NCBI GenBank assembly: GCA_963823335.1
Contig: CAWGLD010000001.1
Span: forward strand, 256,001 to 320,000
DNA from: an uncultured delta proteobacterium
GTDB lineage: Bacteria; Desulfobacterota; Desulfobacteria; Desulfobacterales; B30-G6
DNA: 64,000 nt
Direction of reading: 5' to 3'
Shown here one piece after another: positions 46,873 to 56,835 of this stretch. The notes below the pieces were generated by a model, which made no database searches, was not told the origin of the DNA, and saw nothing but the letters and a program-made list of their open reading frames with translations. Both the position numbers and the translations under genes were made by a program. Every line of letters starts with the position of its first letter. Within the stretch, counting starts at the first letter, position 1.

Positions 46873-48834
46873 ATGTACGAAGACAAAGAACTCCAGGAAT
46901 ACAGAGATCTTCTCAAGACACCGGATCATTTTGAAGAAGGATTCAGCTGGAAAACGGTAGTGGGCTCCATCTTCATCGGCTTCCTCATGATGCCCGGCAG
47001 CATGTACCTGCAGCTGGTGATCGGTCAAGGCATCGGTCCGGCAGCACGATGGGTAACAATCATCCTGTTTGCTGAACTGGCCAAGCGTTCCTACAGCGAA
47101 TTGAAACAGCAGGAGATTTTTCTGCTTTACTATATGGCCGGCGCCGCGCTGGCGACACCCTTCCAGGGACTCCTGTGGAGCCAGTACCTGGTTCAATCGG
47201 ATGCCGCCCGTATGTTGGGTCTCACCGAATTCATCCCCACCTGGATCGCGCCCAGCCTCGACTCCGAGTCCCTGATGCAGCGTACCTTTTTCCATCGGGA
47301 CTGGATGATTCCGATCCTGTTGCTCGTGGGCACACAGATCATTCAACGTATCGACCAGTTCGGTCTGGGATACGCCCTTTACCGCATCACGAGTGATGTG
47401 GAAAAACTTCCCTTCCCCATGGCCCCGGTAGCTGCCCTGGGAACCATGGCCCTGGCCGAGTCTACGGAAGAAAGAAAGAAAAGCTGGAAATGGCGGGTCT
47501 TTTCCATCGGTGGTGTCATTGGTCTGGCTTTTGGGGCCATCTATGTGGTTCTCCCTACCCTCAGCGGCCTGATTCTGATGGAGCCAATCCGTCTGATCCC
47601 CATCCCCTGGATTGAGCTGACCGGACATACAGAGGACTTTCTCCCTGCGGTAGCCACCGGTATTCAACTCGATCTGGGTCTCGTTTTTATCGGCATGGTG
47701 CTGCCGTTCTGGGCGGTTATCGGCGGTCTGGTGGGTCTGCTCATCACCATAGCAGCAAACCCGGCCCTGCACCATTTCGGTATTCTTACGCGTTGGCATC
47801 CGGGAATGGAAACCGTCGATACCGTATTTGCCAACAACTTCGACTTTTACTTGAGCTTCAGTATCGGTCTGGGCCTTTCTATCGCTCTTATCGGCATCTG
47901 GCACGTGATACGCTCCTTTAAAAAAAGCTCAACACAACAGCGCGGGACACTCAAGGACCTGTTTCATCCACCTCCTGGCCGGGGTGATTTTAACTTCTGG
48001 ATCTCCATCGGAATCTATGTGTTTTCAACTTCTTGCTATGTTTTATTGTGCGTCTGGCTGGTACCCAATTTCCCCTGGATCTTTTTTCTCTTGTATGGAT
48101 TTATCTACACACCCATCGTGTCCTACATCACCGCCCGGATGGAAGGAATCGCCGGGCAGTTTGTAAGTCTTCCTCTGGTTCGGGAAGCCAGTTTTATCAT
48201 GGGTGCCAAATACTTCGGCTACCAGGGAATTGAAATATGGTATGCCCCTATTCCGATTCATAACTACGGCGAAGCCACCGTCAACTTCCGCCAGATCGAA
48301 CTTACCGGAACCAGTATCCGCGGTATCATCAAATCGGAAATCGTCGTCTTTCCGGTGGTCATGACGGCCAGTCTGCTATTTTCACAATTTATCTGGCGGC
48401 TGGCCCCCATACCGTCCAATGCCTACCCCTATGCCCAGGAGCTGTGGCATCTGCAGGCCCTCAACACACTTCTGATGCAGACATCCACCCTGGAAGGCAA
48501 CTCCCTGTTCTATCAAGCGCTAAACTGGATCTATGTGGTGGCCGGCATGGGTCTGGGTGTCGTCACCTATTCCATCCTGATCATGATGGGACTCCCCATA
48601 CTGCTGGTGTATGGTATGGTTCGCGGACTGGGGCAAAGCACCCCCCACGGTCTGATCCTTGAAGTTATCGGCGCACTATTGGGGCGCTTCTATTTCTATA
48701 AGCGTTACGGCAGCATGTGGCGACAATACGCACCAGTTCTACTGGCGGGTTTTTCCTGTGGTATGGGACTGACCGGTATGTTCGCCATGGGAATTACCCT
48801 TATTCTCAAATCACTGGGGCGGCTGGCTTACTAG
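46873..48834 (+). CDS. OPT/YSL-like oligopeptide-transporter-family membrane protein
   Basis: Start at MYEDKEL; hydrophobic; DVEKLPFP motif (compare the OPT ExLxFP motif), APIPS.AYP. Confidence 0.75.
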   Translation: MYEDKELQEYRDLLKTPDHFEEGFSWKTVVGSIFIGFLMMPGSMYLQLVIGQGIGPAARWVTIILFAELAKRSYSELKQQEIFLLYYMAGAALATPFQGLLWSQYLVQSDAARMLGLTEFIPTWIAPSLDSESLMQRTFFHRDWMIPILLLVGTQIIQRIDQFGLGYALYRITSDVEKLPFPMAPVAALGTMALAESTEERKKSWKWRVFSIGGVIGLAFGAIYVVLPTLSGLILMEPIRLIPIPWIELTGHTEDFLPAVATGIQLDLGLVFIGMVLPFWAVIGGLVGLLITIAANPALHHFGILTRWHPGMETVDTVFANNFDFYLSFSIGLGLSIALIGIWHVIRSFKKSSTQQRGTLKDLFHPPPGRGDFNFWISIGIYVFSTSCYVLLCVWLVPNFPWIFFLLYGFIYTPIVSYITARMEGIAGQFVSLPLVREASFIMGAKYFGYQGIEIWYAPIPIHNYGEATVNFRQIELTGTSIRGIIKSEIVVFPVVMTASLLFSQFIWRLAPIPSNAYPYAQELWHLQALNTLLMQTSTLEGNSLFYQALNWIYVVAGMGLGVVTYSILIMMGLPILLVYGMVRGLGQSTPHGLILEVIGALLGRFYFYKRYGSMWRQYAPVLLAGFSCGMGLTGMFAMGITLILKSLGRLAY

Positions 48835-48883
48835 AAGCCAATCATTCCTGGTTTAAAATGAGAGCTATCAAAAGGATCAGCAC

Positions 48884-49300
48884 ATGTCACTTTCACGATA
48901 TGAAATCGAAAAGGCCTTAAAAAAATGGAATCTCGCCTGGGATAATCATGACCTCGAAGGAGTTATGGACCTCTTTCATGAAGAGGTCGTTTTTGACAGT
49001 TGGACAGGTGGATGCGTTAGAGGAAAGGAGGCTCTCAAAAAAGCATGGAAACCCTGGTTTGCCAACCACGGAAATTTCCGCTTTATAGAAGAAGAAACAT
49101 TCATCGATGAAAAAGAGCAAAAAGTTCTTTACCGCTGGTTACTTGAATGGCCTTCTTTTGAAAAAGGAAATGAGGGAAAACCTGAAAAACGAAGAGGCGT
49201 CGATATAATTCATTTTAAAGACCGCAAGATAATTAATAAATTTACCTATTCAAAGACCTCTATTGAGATCGATGGGAAAAGGCACTCGCTTCACATATAG
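48884..49300 (+). CDS. SnoaL/NTF2-like protein
   Basis: AWDNHDLEGVM.LF.E.V, RGKEAL, GVDIIHF.D.KI. Confidence 0.8.
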   Translation: MSLSRYEIEKALKKWNLAWDNHDLEGVMDLFHEEVVFDSWTGGCVRGKEALKKAWKPWFANHGNFRFIEEETFIDEKEQKVLYRWLLEWPSFEKGNEGKPEKRRGVDIIHFKDRKIINKFTYSKTSIEIDGKRHSLHI

Positions 49301-49398
49301 GATAGACAGCAATCGAGAAGTTGGGAGGGTTTTCCAGCAACACCTTAGTCAGCTTTGCAAAAACATTTTTTTTCACTTCATTAATTTAGGAGGTCGAT

Positions 49399-49695
49399 AT
49401 GAATGTCAAAGTTTTAATCAAAAGGACGGTTCCAAAAGAAAAATCCAGGGAAATGTTAAAGTTGTTTAAGGAGATGAGATCGTTGGCGACAGGTCTGGAT
49501 GGGTACATTTCTGGTGAAACCTTGAAAAGTAGTGACCGACTCGATGTTTTTCTGGTCATAAGCACATGGGCATCGTCAAACGATTGGGAAAATTGGCTTA
49601 AGAACAAGGAAAGACAGAAGATTCAAGGCAAAATTGATGCTCTGCTGGGGGGCAAAACATCCTACGAAATATTTCAATATGGCTTAAGAGAATGA
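49399..49695 (+). CDS. antibiotic biosynthesis monooxygenase (ABM) domain protein
   Basis: GYISGETL, LVISTW.S..DW..W; AGGAGG RBS. Confidence 0.85.
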   Translation: MNVKVLIKRTVPKEKSREMLKLFKEMRSLATGLDGYISGETLKSSDRLDVFLVISTWASSNDWENWLKNKERQKIQGKIDALLGGKTSYEIFQYGLRE

Positions 49696-49869
49696 TGTTC
49701 ACAGAAACATTGTAAATCGTAATTAAGTTCTCAGAAAAAACACATCAGGCACCGGAAGCGTGACTGCCTATGTACCCGATGGCGTCGATGAATGCAATCT
49801 GGGATTTTATATTGCGCTCACTCGGCAAACCGGAAGTGGTGGTGGTTTATTTTTTCTACAAGTCCCTAA

Positions 49870-50412
49870 ATGATGAAACTTGTTCGCGGCCTTATACTTT
49901 CTATGTTGGTTATTTACGCCTTGCAAGGCCTAAGCTACGGCAGTTCTGATTTTTATAAGCTGATAGATATAGATGACCCAGTTTCGTTTCAAGATGATGC
50001 CATCTACTTTCAACATGTAACACCCCTTTCCAATATACAAACATCCTCATTTTCAGAGGATAAAAGCGCATTGGATATGGGCTTTCTGCATAAATATTTG
50101 GGGTACGGTACACTTCTTTTGGCCGGCGTGGCTGCGGCGACGGGATCCGACAGCTCAATTCACCATTATTCAGCGATGGGATCAGCTACTTTTGGTATAA
50201 TGACCCTGGCAACCGGTTACCATGAATATGGGGATATGTTTGAGATTGATGAAGGTTTTTCAAAATATAACCTTCATATCGCATTGGGAACACTTGGTGC
50301 CCTTGGATTTGCCACGGAAGCCATTATCGCCAACACCGATTCGGATCATGGCGGTCTGGGCATAGGATCTGCCATTGTAATGGGAGCCGCCTTGATTGTC
50401 ATTGTCTGGTAA
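49870..50412 (+). CDS. hypothetical membrane protein with His-containing helices
   Basis: Signal-like N-terminus; four hydrophobic segments each starting near a His (LHKY, IHHY, LHIA, DHGG). Confidence 0.65.
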   Translation: MMKLVRGLILSMLVIYALQGLSYGSSDFYKLIDIDDPVSFQDDAIYFQHVTPLSNIQTSSFSEDKSALDMGFLHKYLGYGTLLLAGVAAATGSDSSIHHYSAMGSATFGIMTLATGYHEYGDMFEIDEGFSKYNLHIALGTLGALGFATEAIIANTDSDHGGLGIGSAIVMGAALIVIVW

Positions 50413-50507
50413 TAATTCATCAAAACCATAATAGACACGTTTGCGTCACCAGATCCAAAAAGGATGCCTAACGACACAATTTTATTTTCAGCCCGCCGGA
50501 GGAAGAT

Positions 50508-51068
50508 ATGCAAGGCTTTAAATCGTATACGATGCTGTTCTTGTTGATACTTGTCCAAGGTTGCTCGAATGTAATTGTCAGCCAGGATTATCCGCTCAGT
50601 ACCGATTACTCGGCTTTGAAAACATATGCCTGGCAGTCTGAACATCAAGAGAAAACGGGCGATCTCAGACTGGACAACCCGCTTCTGGATGTGCGCATCC
50701 GTCGCGCGATTGATACATCATTGCTGGAAAAAGGTTATCGGCAGGTTTCTGACATGCAGCCTGATTTTTACATTGCCTACCACCAGGAAATTTACAACCG
50801 CATCACTGTAGATCAAAACAGGTCCGGATTTGCATTTGGTATGGGAAGTACTGGTTACCATGGCGGGATCGGTCTCAGTACAGGAAGCAACACCGGCAGT
50901 TATGACGACAACATGCTGGTGATCAATGTGATCGATTCAGGAAATGGCGGCATTCTTTGGCGGGGGACCGCTACCCGTTCCTTTTTGCAGCACACTGACC
51001 CGGAAAAATTAACCAAACGGGTCAACGAAACCGTTAATAAAATATTAAAACAGTTCCCGCCCCAGTAA
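50508..51068 (+). CDS. DUF4136 lipoprotein
   Basis: Lipobox-like VQGC, KTYAW, L.EKGY, LWRG, IL.QFPP. Confidence 0.82.
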   Translation: MQGFKSYTMLFLLILVQGCSNVIVSQDYPLSTDYSALKTYAWQSEHQEKTGDLRLDNPLLDVRIRRAIDTSLLEKGYRQVSDMQPDFYIAYHQEIYNRITVDQNRSGFAFGMGSTGYHGGIGLSTGSNTGSYDDNMLVINVIDSGNGGILWRGTATRSFLQHTDPEKLTKRVNETVNKILKQFPPQ

Positions 51069-51121
51069 AAATAAATCGTTCTGGAGCAGTACTATGAAGC
51101 CTCGCTATAAAAGGAATTCAG

Positions 51122-52075
51122 GTGGATATCCGTCTTTGCAACAAGATCATTGAAAATATATCCCGTGTGATTGTCGGCAGGGATCAAGCCATCGAATTGC
51201 TACTGATCACCCTCATGGCAGAAGGCCACGTGCTGCTGGAGGATGTACCGGGTGTGGCCAAGACGCTGCTGGCGAAATCCCTGGCAAAAAGTATCGGCGG
51301 CACCTTCAACCGGGTGCAGTTTACACCGGATCTCATGCCCACCGATATCACCGGCTTCAATGTCTATGATCAGCAGTCGGCCTGCTTCTCTTTTCGCCCG
51401 GGGCCGGTCATAACCCACATTCTGCTGGCCGACGAAATCAACCGCACCATACCACGGACCCAGTCAAGCCTTCTGGAATGCATGGAAGAACGCCAGGTGA
51501 CAGTGGATGGGAAAACCCATCTGCTTCCCAGCCCTTTTTTTGTCATGGCCACCCAGAATCCCATTGAACTGGAAGGCACTTTCCCCCTGCCCGAAGCTCA
51601 GTTGGACAGATTTCTGTTGAAAACCCGGCTGGGATATCCTGACAAGCAAGAAGAAATTCAGATTCTCCAACGTTTCCAGCAGACAGACCCTCTCCAGGAA
51701 CTTATGCCTGTGACAACCCCTGAAGAAGTCAGCCGATTACAGCGGGACCGCAGAAACATCATCGTTTCAGGACCTGTCCGGGAATATATCACCGATATTG
51801 TTCGGGCCACACGCAATCACAAGGCAATTCAATTCGGCGCCAGCCCCCGGGGCTCTCTGGGCTTGATGCGGGCTGGACAAGCCCTGGCAGCCCTGCGCGG
51901 CAGGGAATATATTCTGCCTGACGATATCAAATCGCTGGCGCTCCCGGTTCTCACCCACCGGCTGATCCTTAAGGAGCAAGACCGGCTGCGGGGCGAAAAC
52001 GCCGGGCATATCCTGGAAAGTATCATCCAGCATACCCAAGTTCCGGCTGCGGCAGGATCGAAAAATGGCAACTGA
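51122..52075 (+). CDS. moxR: MoxR-family AAA+ ATPase
   Basis: EDVPGVAKT, QFTPDL, ADEINR, TQNPIE.EGT.PLPEAQLDRF. Confidence 0.92.
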   Translation: MDIRLCNKIIENISRVIVGRDQAIELLLITLMAEGHVLLEDVPGVAKTLLAKSLAKSIGGTFNRVQFTPDLMPTDITGFNVYDQQSACFSFRPGPVITHILLADEINRTIPRTQSSLLECMEERQVTVDGKTHLLPSPFFVMATQNPIELEGTFPLPEAQLDRFLLKTRLGYPDKQEEIQILQRFQQTDPLQELMPVTTPEEVSRLQRDRRNIIVSGPVREYITDIVRATRNHKAIQFGASPRGSLGLMRAGQALAALRGREYILPDDIKSLALPVLTHRLILKEQDRLRGENAGHILESIIQHTQVPAAAGSKNGN

Positions 52076-53276
52076 GCTGGATCAAACCAAGGAGCCGACC
52101 ATCTTCAATTCCCTGCTGGTCTGCTTTTTTGTAGGCATTCTCCTTTTCATCGCCCTCCTGTTCCGCCAGCAAGACCTCTCGTTGCTGGCAATGCTGATCC
52201 TGCTGGTCATGGGTGGATCAAAAGCCTGGAGCACCCTCAATTTTTACCACGTCACATGCCATTATCGCGTGGATAAGAAACGGGTCTTTCCCGGAGAAAC
52301 CGTCTCCATGGCAGCCACCATGGAGAACAGGAAATTTCTTCCGGTCTGGATCCGCTTACGCTGGCCAGAACATGGTGCTTTTGAAACTGACCACGACACT
52401 GAATCTTTTTCCCGGCACGGAGCAGGTCTTCTGTGGCATCAGCAGATGCGGATTCAACAGGATTTTACTGCCATACGCCGGGGAGTCTTCCATTTGGGAC
52501 CCCCTCACCTTGGTTCCAGTGATTTATTCGGTTTTTTTCACAAGGAAAAAGAGCGGGGAAAACCGGTCCAGGTTCTTGTCTACCCACGTCTTGTTCCCAT
52601 CAAGACAATTTTTCTTCCCAAGCAGGACTGGTTTGACACACCCGGCCAGAACAGTCCCATCAAAGATCCCGTCTACATCCTGGGCACACAGGATTACCAG
52701 CCCTCCAGCCCTTCCCGGCATATTCACTGGAAAGCAAGTGCGCGGCATTTTCGACTCCAGGAGAAAGTCTTTGAACCGTCTGAATTTGGTACGATCCTCC
52801 TAGCCCTGGACGTGGGATCTTTCGAAAAGATATCGGCCGGGGATAGCTTTGAACATACCCTGGAAGTCATTGCATCCCTGTCCATCAAACTGGATGAATC
52901 CGGCCATGCCGTGGGATTGATGACCAACGGCATCATGGAAGGCAGTGGTGTTTCTATGGTATCCCCGGCCCGAAGCACCCGCCAGCTTCCCGCGATACTG
53001 GAAGCCCTTGCCCGTTTACAGATGAAGCAACACAGACCCATGACGCACACCATACGACAGGCCTCATTCAGGCAGCGAGGCGTCAGCTGCGTCCTTTTTT
53101 CATACGCGTACGGGCAGGACACCGCTGAATCGAAACATATCCTGCAAGAACGGCGTATTCCCGTAATTACATTTGTCAGCCATTGCCATGTCGCAGCAGA
53201 TTCCGTCGAGCAGCAGACCATGACAGGGGTCCATCCAATAGATGACATCCGACTTCAGAGGGAAAATCTGTCATGA
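52065..53276 (+). CDS. DUF58 domain protein
   Basis: RRG...LGP, DLFG, VLVYP, DYQP....RHIHWKASAR; follows moxR. Confidence 0.85.
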   Translation: MATELDQTKEPTIFNSLLVCFFVGILLFIALLFRQQDLSLLAMLILLVMGGSKAWSTLNFYHVTCHYRVDKKRVFPGETVSMAATMENRKFLPVWIRLRWPEHGAFETDHDTESFSRHGAGLLWHQQMRIQQDFTAIRRGVFHLGPPHLGSSDLFGFFHKEKERGKPVQVLVYPRLVPIKTIFLPKQDWFDTPGQNSPIKDPVYILGTQDYQPSSPSRHIHWKASARHFRLQEKVFEPSEFGTILLALDVGSFEKISAGDSFEHTLEVIASLSIKLDESGHAVGLMTNGIMEGSGVSMVSPARSTRQLPAILEALARLQMKQHRPMTHTIRQASFRQRGVSCVLFSYAYGQDTAESKHILQERRIPVITFVSHCHVAADSVEQQTMTGVHPIDDIRLQRENLS

Positions 53277-54667
53277 CGTCCGGCAAAAAAACACTCTTGT
53301 TTCTGGCCCGTGCCGGTATGGAAATATCCTGGCGGTATGCCTGGGTCGGATTCCTGATGCTGCTCATCTGCCATCAGATTTTCCCCCTTGGCGAAGCTGC
53401 CGGCGCATTCGTCATGGCCATTATCCTGAACCGCCTGTCCGTAAATCACAACTGGCGCTTATATCAAAGCCTTCTCATGGAAGGGGCCGGTCTAGTTCTT
53501 TTTTCACTGCTGATCCTTTACCGGTTGTGGTATGAAGGCTTTGCCTTTTTCAGTTTCTCATGGTTAAGGGTCTTTTTTCAGGACCCCATGGCCCGGCCTC
53601 ACAATTACATGTCGCTGCTGATTATTTTCTGTCTGCTGCTGATATGGCGTGGTGGGCGTGCATTGGTCAAAAATGCCATGGAGTATCATCACGTGTGTAT
53701 TCAGTTCGACAAGGGTATCGGTCTGTTTATTCTCCTGCTGCTTGTCAAGTTTCTGATTCATGAAAAAGCCGGTATTCTCGTAGATGGTCTGGCCATGGGC
53801 TTCCTGGTGTGCGCCTATTTCATTTTCAGTCTGCTTTCCATCTTCCTGGTCCGTAAACAGCCTGATATTGAAAAATCCTTTATGACCGGCTACCACGGTA
53901 TCGGTATCACCTTGAGCCTGACATCACTCATTATCCTTTTCGGTTCTGGGATCACATTCTTTTTCTATCCCACATTAACCCAGGTAGCAGATTCGCTGCA
54001 GGTCCTTCTCAAAGATGCTGCCGGGCCAATGGTTCCCGTATTTGTCGCCATCATCCTGTTCTTCTTTGCACCAGGGAAACTGCGTAATGAAATCGGGGAG
54101 GTTACCGGTTCCTTATCGGATATGAGTGGTTTTTCAGCGCCCACAGTCGGCAAATGGGAAGCGTTCTTGCTAAAAGGCATCAGTTTGGGCCTGATGGTAA
54201 TTGTCGGTATAATTGCTGCGGGTCTTTTTGGCCTTTTTATACGGTATCTGCTGCACCTGCTGCTGAAGCAAGATACCCAAAACGGTCCCCCAATATCCCT
54301 GTCCTGGATTCGAGACGTGGCACGATGGTTCATTTTGCTGCCCCTTCGTGTCTGGCGGGCCTTGATATCCTTGTTGGAAAGCGCCGAAAGTGCGGCATCG
54401 GTATATACCGGATTGCTTGGCTGGGGACGCCGCAGCGGAGTGCGCCTGCTGTCCGGTGAAACCCCCGCCGAATATGGCAGCCGGCTGGTGCGGCACTTTC
54501 CCGATCTCAGTGATGAAATCGCCTGGATCATTGATGCGTTCAACAGGGAGATATACGGTCAGCTCGCCACCGATCACGATATCCTGTTCCGCCTGCGTTC
54601 GGCACAGCGACGAATGAAGCGCCTCAGACATTGGCCATCACGCATAATAACCTGTTTTTCTGTATAA
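53273..54667 (+). CDS. membrane protein with C-terminal DUF4129-like domain
   Basis: Many TM segments; ETPAEY..RL and F..EIYG. Confidence 0.75.
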   Translation: MTSGKKTLLFLARAGMEISWRYAWVGFLMLLICHQIFPLGEAAGAFVMAIILNRLSVNHNWRLYQSLLMEGAGLVLFSLLILYRLWYEGFAFFSFSWLRVFFQDPMARPHNYMSLLIIFCLLLIWRGGRALVKNAMEYHHVCIQFDKGIGLFILLLLVKFLIHEKAGILVDGLAMGFLVCAYFIFSLLSIFLVRKQPDIEKSFMTGYHGIGITLSLTSLIILFGSGITFFFYPTLTQVADSLQVLLKDAAGPMVPVFVAIILFFFAPGKLRNEIGEVTGSLSDMSGFSAPTVGKWEAFLLKGISLGLMVIVGIIAAGLFGLFIRYLLHLLLKQDTQNGPPISLSWIRDVARWFILLPLRVWRALISLLESAESAASVYTGLLGWGRRSGVRLLSGETPAEYGSRLVRHFPDLSDEIAWIIDAFNREIYGQLATDHDILFRLRSAQRRMKRLRHWPSRIITCFSV

Positions 54668-54673
54668 TTCGAT

Positions 54674-54882
54674 TAGGGGACGTCCTTTACTAATTAGACT
54701 TATAGACCTAAGATGCGCCTTTCAAATATTATAAAATATGGGATTTAGAAATGAAATATTGAAGAACCTCGCAGCATGCGAAGCACTGCCGCAAGGCAGA
54801 ACCTACGAGGAATGCGCTCGCTGTTGCGGTTCAGGGAATCGGCCAGCCAAGTGTAAGTCAAGTTAGTAAAGGACGTCCCCTA
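54674..54882. mobile_element. inverted-repeat element family B, copy 1 (209 bp), containing a family C element
   Basis: TAGGGGACGTCCTTTACTAA at both ends in inverted orientation. Confidence 0.8.
54765..54833 (+). repeat. structured repeat family C, copy 1 (69 bp)
   Basis: Near-identical to 61523-61591. Confidence 0.85.
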
Positions 54883-54947
54883 TAATGTTTACTTGACGAT
54901 TCTTGTGATCTATATTATTACTGCTTCACAAAAAAAGGAAGTTACCC

Positions 54948-55364
54948 ATGCGAAGATTCGGTTCAAGTTCTGAAGACATGCGAGACATGAATCATGATGA
55001 CACCTTTCTTGGGAGAGTAAAACTTCTCGTTGTCATGGTTAAAGCTTTTTTAGGTGATTATCCTCTCGAAGGATACCGGCAAAAAGCTATTTTGAAAAAC
55101 GCTGAAGCTGTTCACAACGTCTGTGAGGACTGGAATCGATATATCATCCAGATAAGATCCAGTGCTGAACGAAAAGAGGGGCTCGAGTTCGATCATATTT
55201 TTCATCAGAGAACCAGCTTGCTTGCTACAATGGCACAGTCGTTTGTAGCCGGGAACCCCATGGGTTATCATCGGAAAATGGTCATCCGGGCCAACATGGA
55301 ATACATATGTGACGCACTTCAGTTCAATCCGCAGGAATATAACAGCCTTTTAAAGGTCGCCTAA
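54948..55364 (+). CDS. hypothetical protein with an internal duplication
   Basis: R..LL..M...F....P...YR...I..N...(V/I) pattern occurs twice. Confidence 0.7.
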   Translation: MRRFGSSSEDMRDMNHDDTFLGRVKLLVVMVKAFLGDYPLEGYRQKAILKNAEAVHNVCEDWNRYIIQIRSSAERKEGLEFDHIFHQRTSLLATMAQSFVAGNPMGYHRKMVIRANMEYICDALQFNPQEYNSLLKVA

Positions 55365-55522
55365 TCTTCAAATATTATTTCCAACGTTGACAAAAGACAA
55401 CCTATCTGAAAATAAATTCTTTATCGAACAAGCTGTAACCAACATGACATCCGAATCAGAGTCAATCTGGTAATATTCACCCTGCATCTTTGATGCGAGA
55501 GACCCTGGACAAAAAAGGACGA

Positions 55523-55702
55523 ATGGAAATGGTAGAAAGGATCATTATTCGAGAAAAGCTCTTAGAGTTAGAGAAACTCCGGCCAGAATTGTTGGAAGAA
55601 GCAATGAGGTTTATCGAATATCTTATTCATCGTGAAAAAGAGAAACAGGCCACGCCAGGAGTTAAAGATACTAACGAAATTGAATTTTTGCCCAATGATT
55701 AG
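55523..55702 (+). CDS. small DUF2281-like (antitoxin-like) protein
   Basis: LEKLRPELLEEAMRFIEYL pattern; ATG 55523 with AAGGA RBS. Confidence 0.5.
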   Translation: MEMVERIIIREKLLELEKLRPELLEEAMRFIEYLIHREKEKQATPGVKDTNEIEFLPND

Positions 55703-55720
55703 GGCTATGAACTATCATAA

Positions 55721-55858
55721 TAGGGGACGTCCTTTACTAATTGGACATATGGCAAGTCACCTTTCATCTTGCCAGGATAGGAATGGTGCCAACCACACTA
55801 TCCCGGAAAATTTATGAACCAGACAAACATAAGTTTAATTAGTCAAGGACGTCCCCTA
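55721..55858. mobile_element. inverted-repeat element family B, copy 2 (138 bp)
   Basis: TAGGGGACGTCCTTTACTAATT ... AATTAGTCAAGGACGTCCCCTA. Confidence 0.8.
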
Positions 55859-55904
55859 ACGGTTACTTTTCGCTATCAACCTAAAACGTGAACAGGAGAA
55901 TTCG

Positions 55905-56696
55905 ATGAAGAAAGCCGTTGTTGTATTTTTGATATTGTCACTGATGGTCGCCGTAAACGCCTCGGCGGGCCCGAGCTTTGAGCGCATCCTGAAAAAGGGA
56001 GAGCTGGTGATTGGCACAAGCGGTAATCAGCCACCGATGACGGCTATCACCAAAAAAGGCGATATCATCGGATTGGATGCTGATATTTCTAGAGCCATGG
56101 CTTCTGCAATGGGTGTTAAAGTAAAATTTGTCGTAAAACCATTTGTCGAGCTGCTTCCAGCCCTTGAAGCGGGCCAGGTTGACATGGTCTTGTCAGGCAT
56201 GACCATAAAACCAAAACGCAATCAAAAGGTGGCATTTGTGGGACCGTATTATGTGACGGGTAAGGGATTTCTGTCCGTGGCGACCAAGTATGCTGCTCTA
56301 CAGGATGCCAAGGGGATGGACTCCCCCGATGTTACCGTTGCTGCTTTGAAGAATTCAACCAGCCAGGAATTTGTCGAATCGTTAATATCCAAGGCAAAAC
56401 CGGTTTTTGTCGATTCCTACGATGAGGCCATTGATCTTCTTTTCAAGGGTAACGTCGATGTGATTATAGCCGATTTCCCTTTTTGTGCACTGACAGCTTA
56501 TAAACACCAGGATAAGGGACTGATCGCAGGAAAGTCGCCTCTTACTTTTGAACCACTGGGCATCGCCATGGCCGAAGACACACTGTTGATAAATTGGGTG
56601 GGGAATTTTATGAATTATCTTCAAGGCACCGGAGAGTTAAAAAAAATGCATATGCATTGGCTAAATGGAGGTCCCTGGATTGATGATTTGCCTTAG
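55905..56696 (+). CDS. amino-acid ABC transporter substrate-binding protein (family 3)
   Basis: Signal peptide; IIGLDADI, L.AGQVD..LSGMTI...R. Confidence 0.88.
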   Translation: MKKAVVVFLILSLMVAVNASAGPSFERILKKGELVIGTSGNQPPMTAITKKGDIIGLDADISRAMASAMGVKVKFVVKPFVELLPALEAGQVDMVLSGMTIKPKRNQKVAFVGPYYVTGKGFLSVATKYAALQDAKGMDSPDVTVAALKNSTSQEFVESLISKAKPVFVDSYDEAIDLLFKGNVDVIIADFPFCALTAYKHQDKGLIAGKSPLTFEPLGIAMAEDTLLINWVGNFMNYLQGTGELKKMHMHWLNGGPWIDDLP

Positions 56697-56835
56697 GATG
56701 AATCCGCTATATTCCTGACAGGTTAGATTAAAGGTGGTTTGATATGGCAGGCAAAACATTTCTACCGTTGACTGAATATAGCACGCTTTCAGAAATGGAG
56801 AAAACCTGACAGCAAAGCACCTTCATCATCTCCCT

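Noticed and set aside
55523-55702. Complete toxin-antitoxin system
   Set aside because: No recognisable toxin gene is adjacent.
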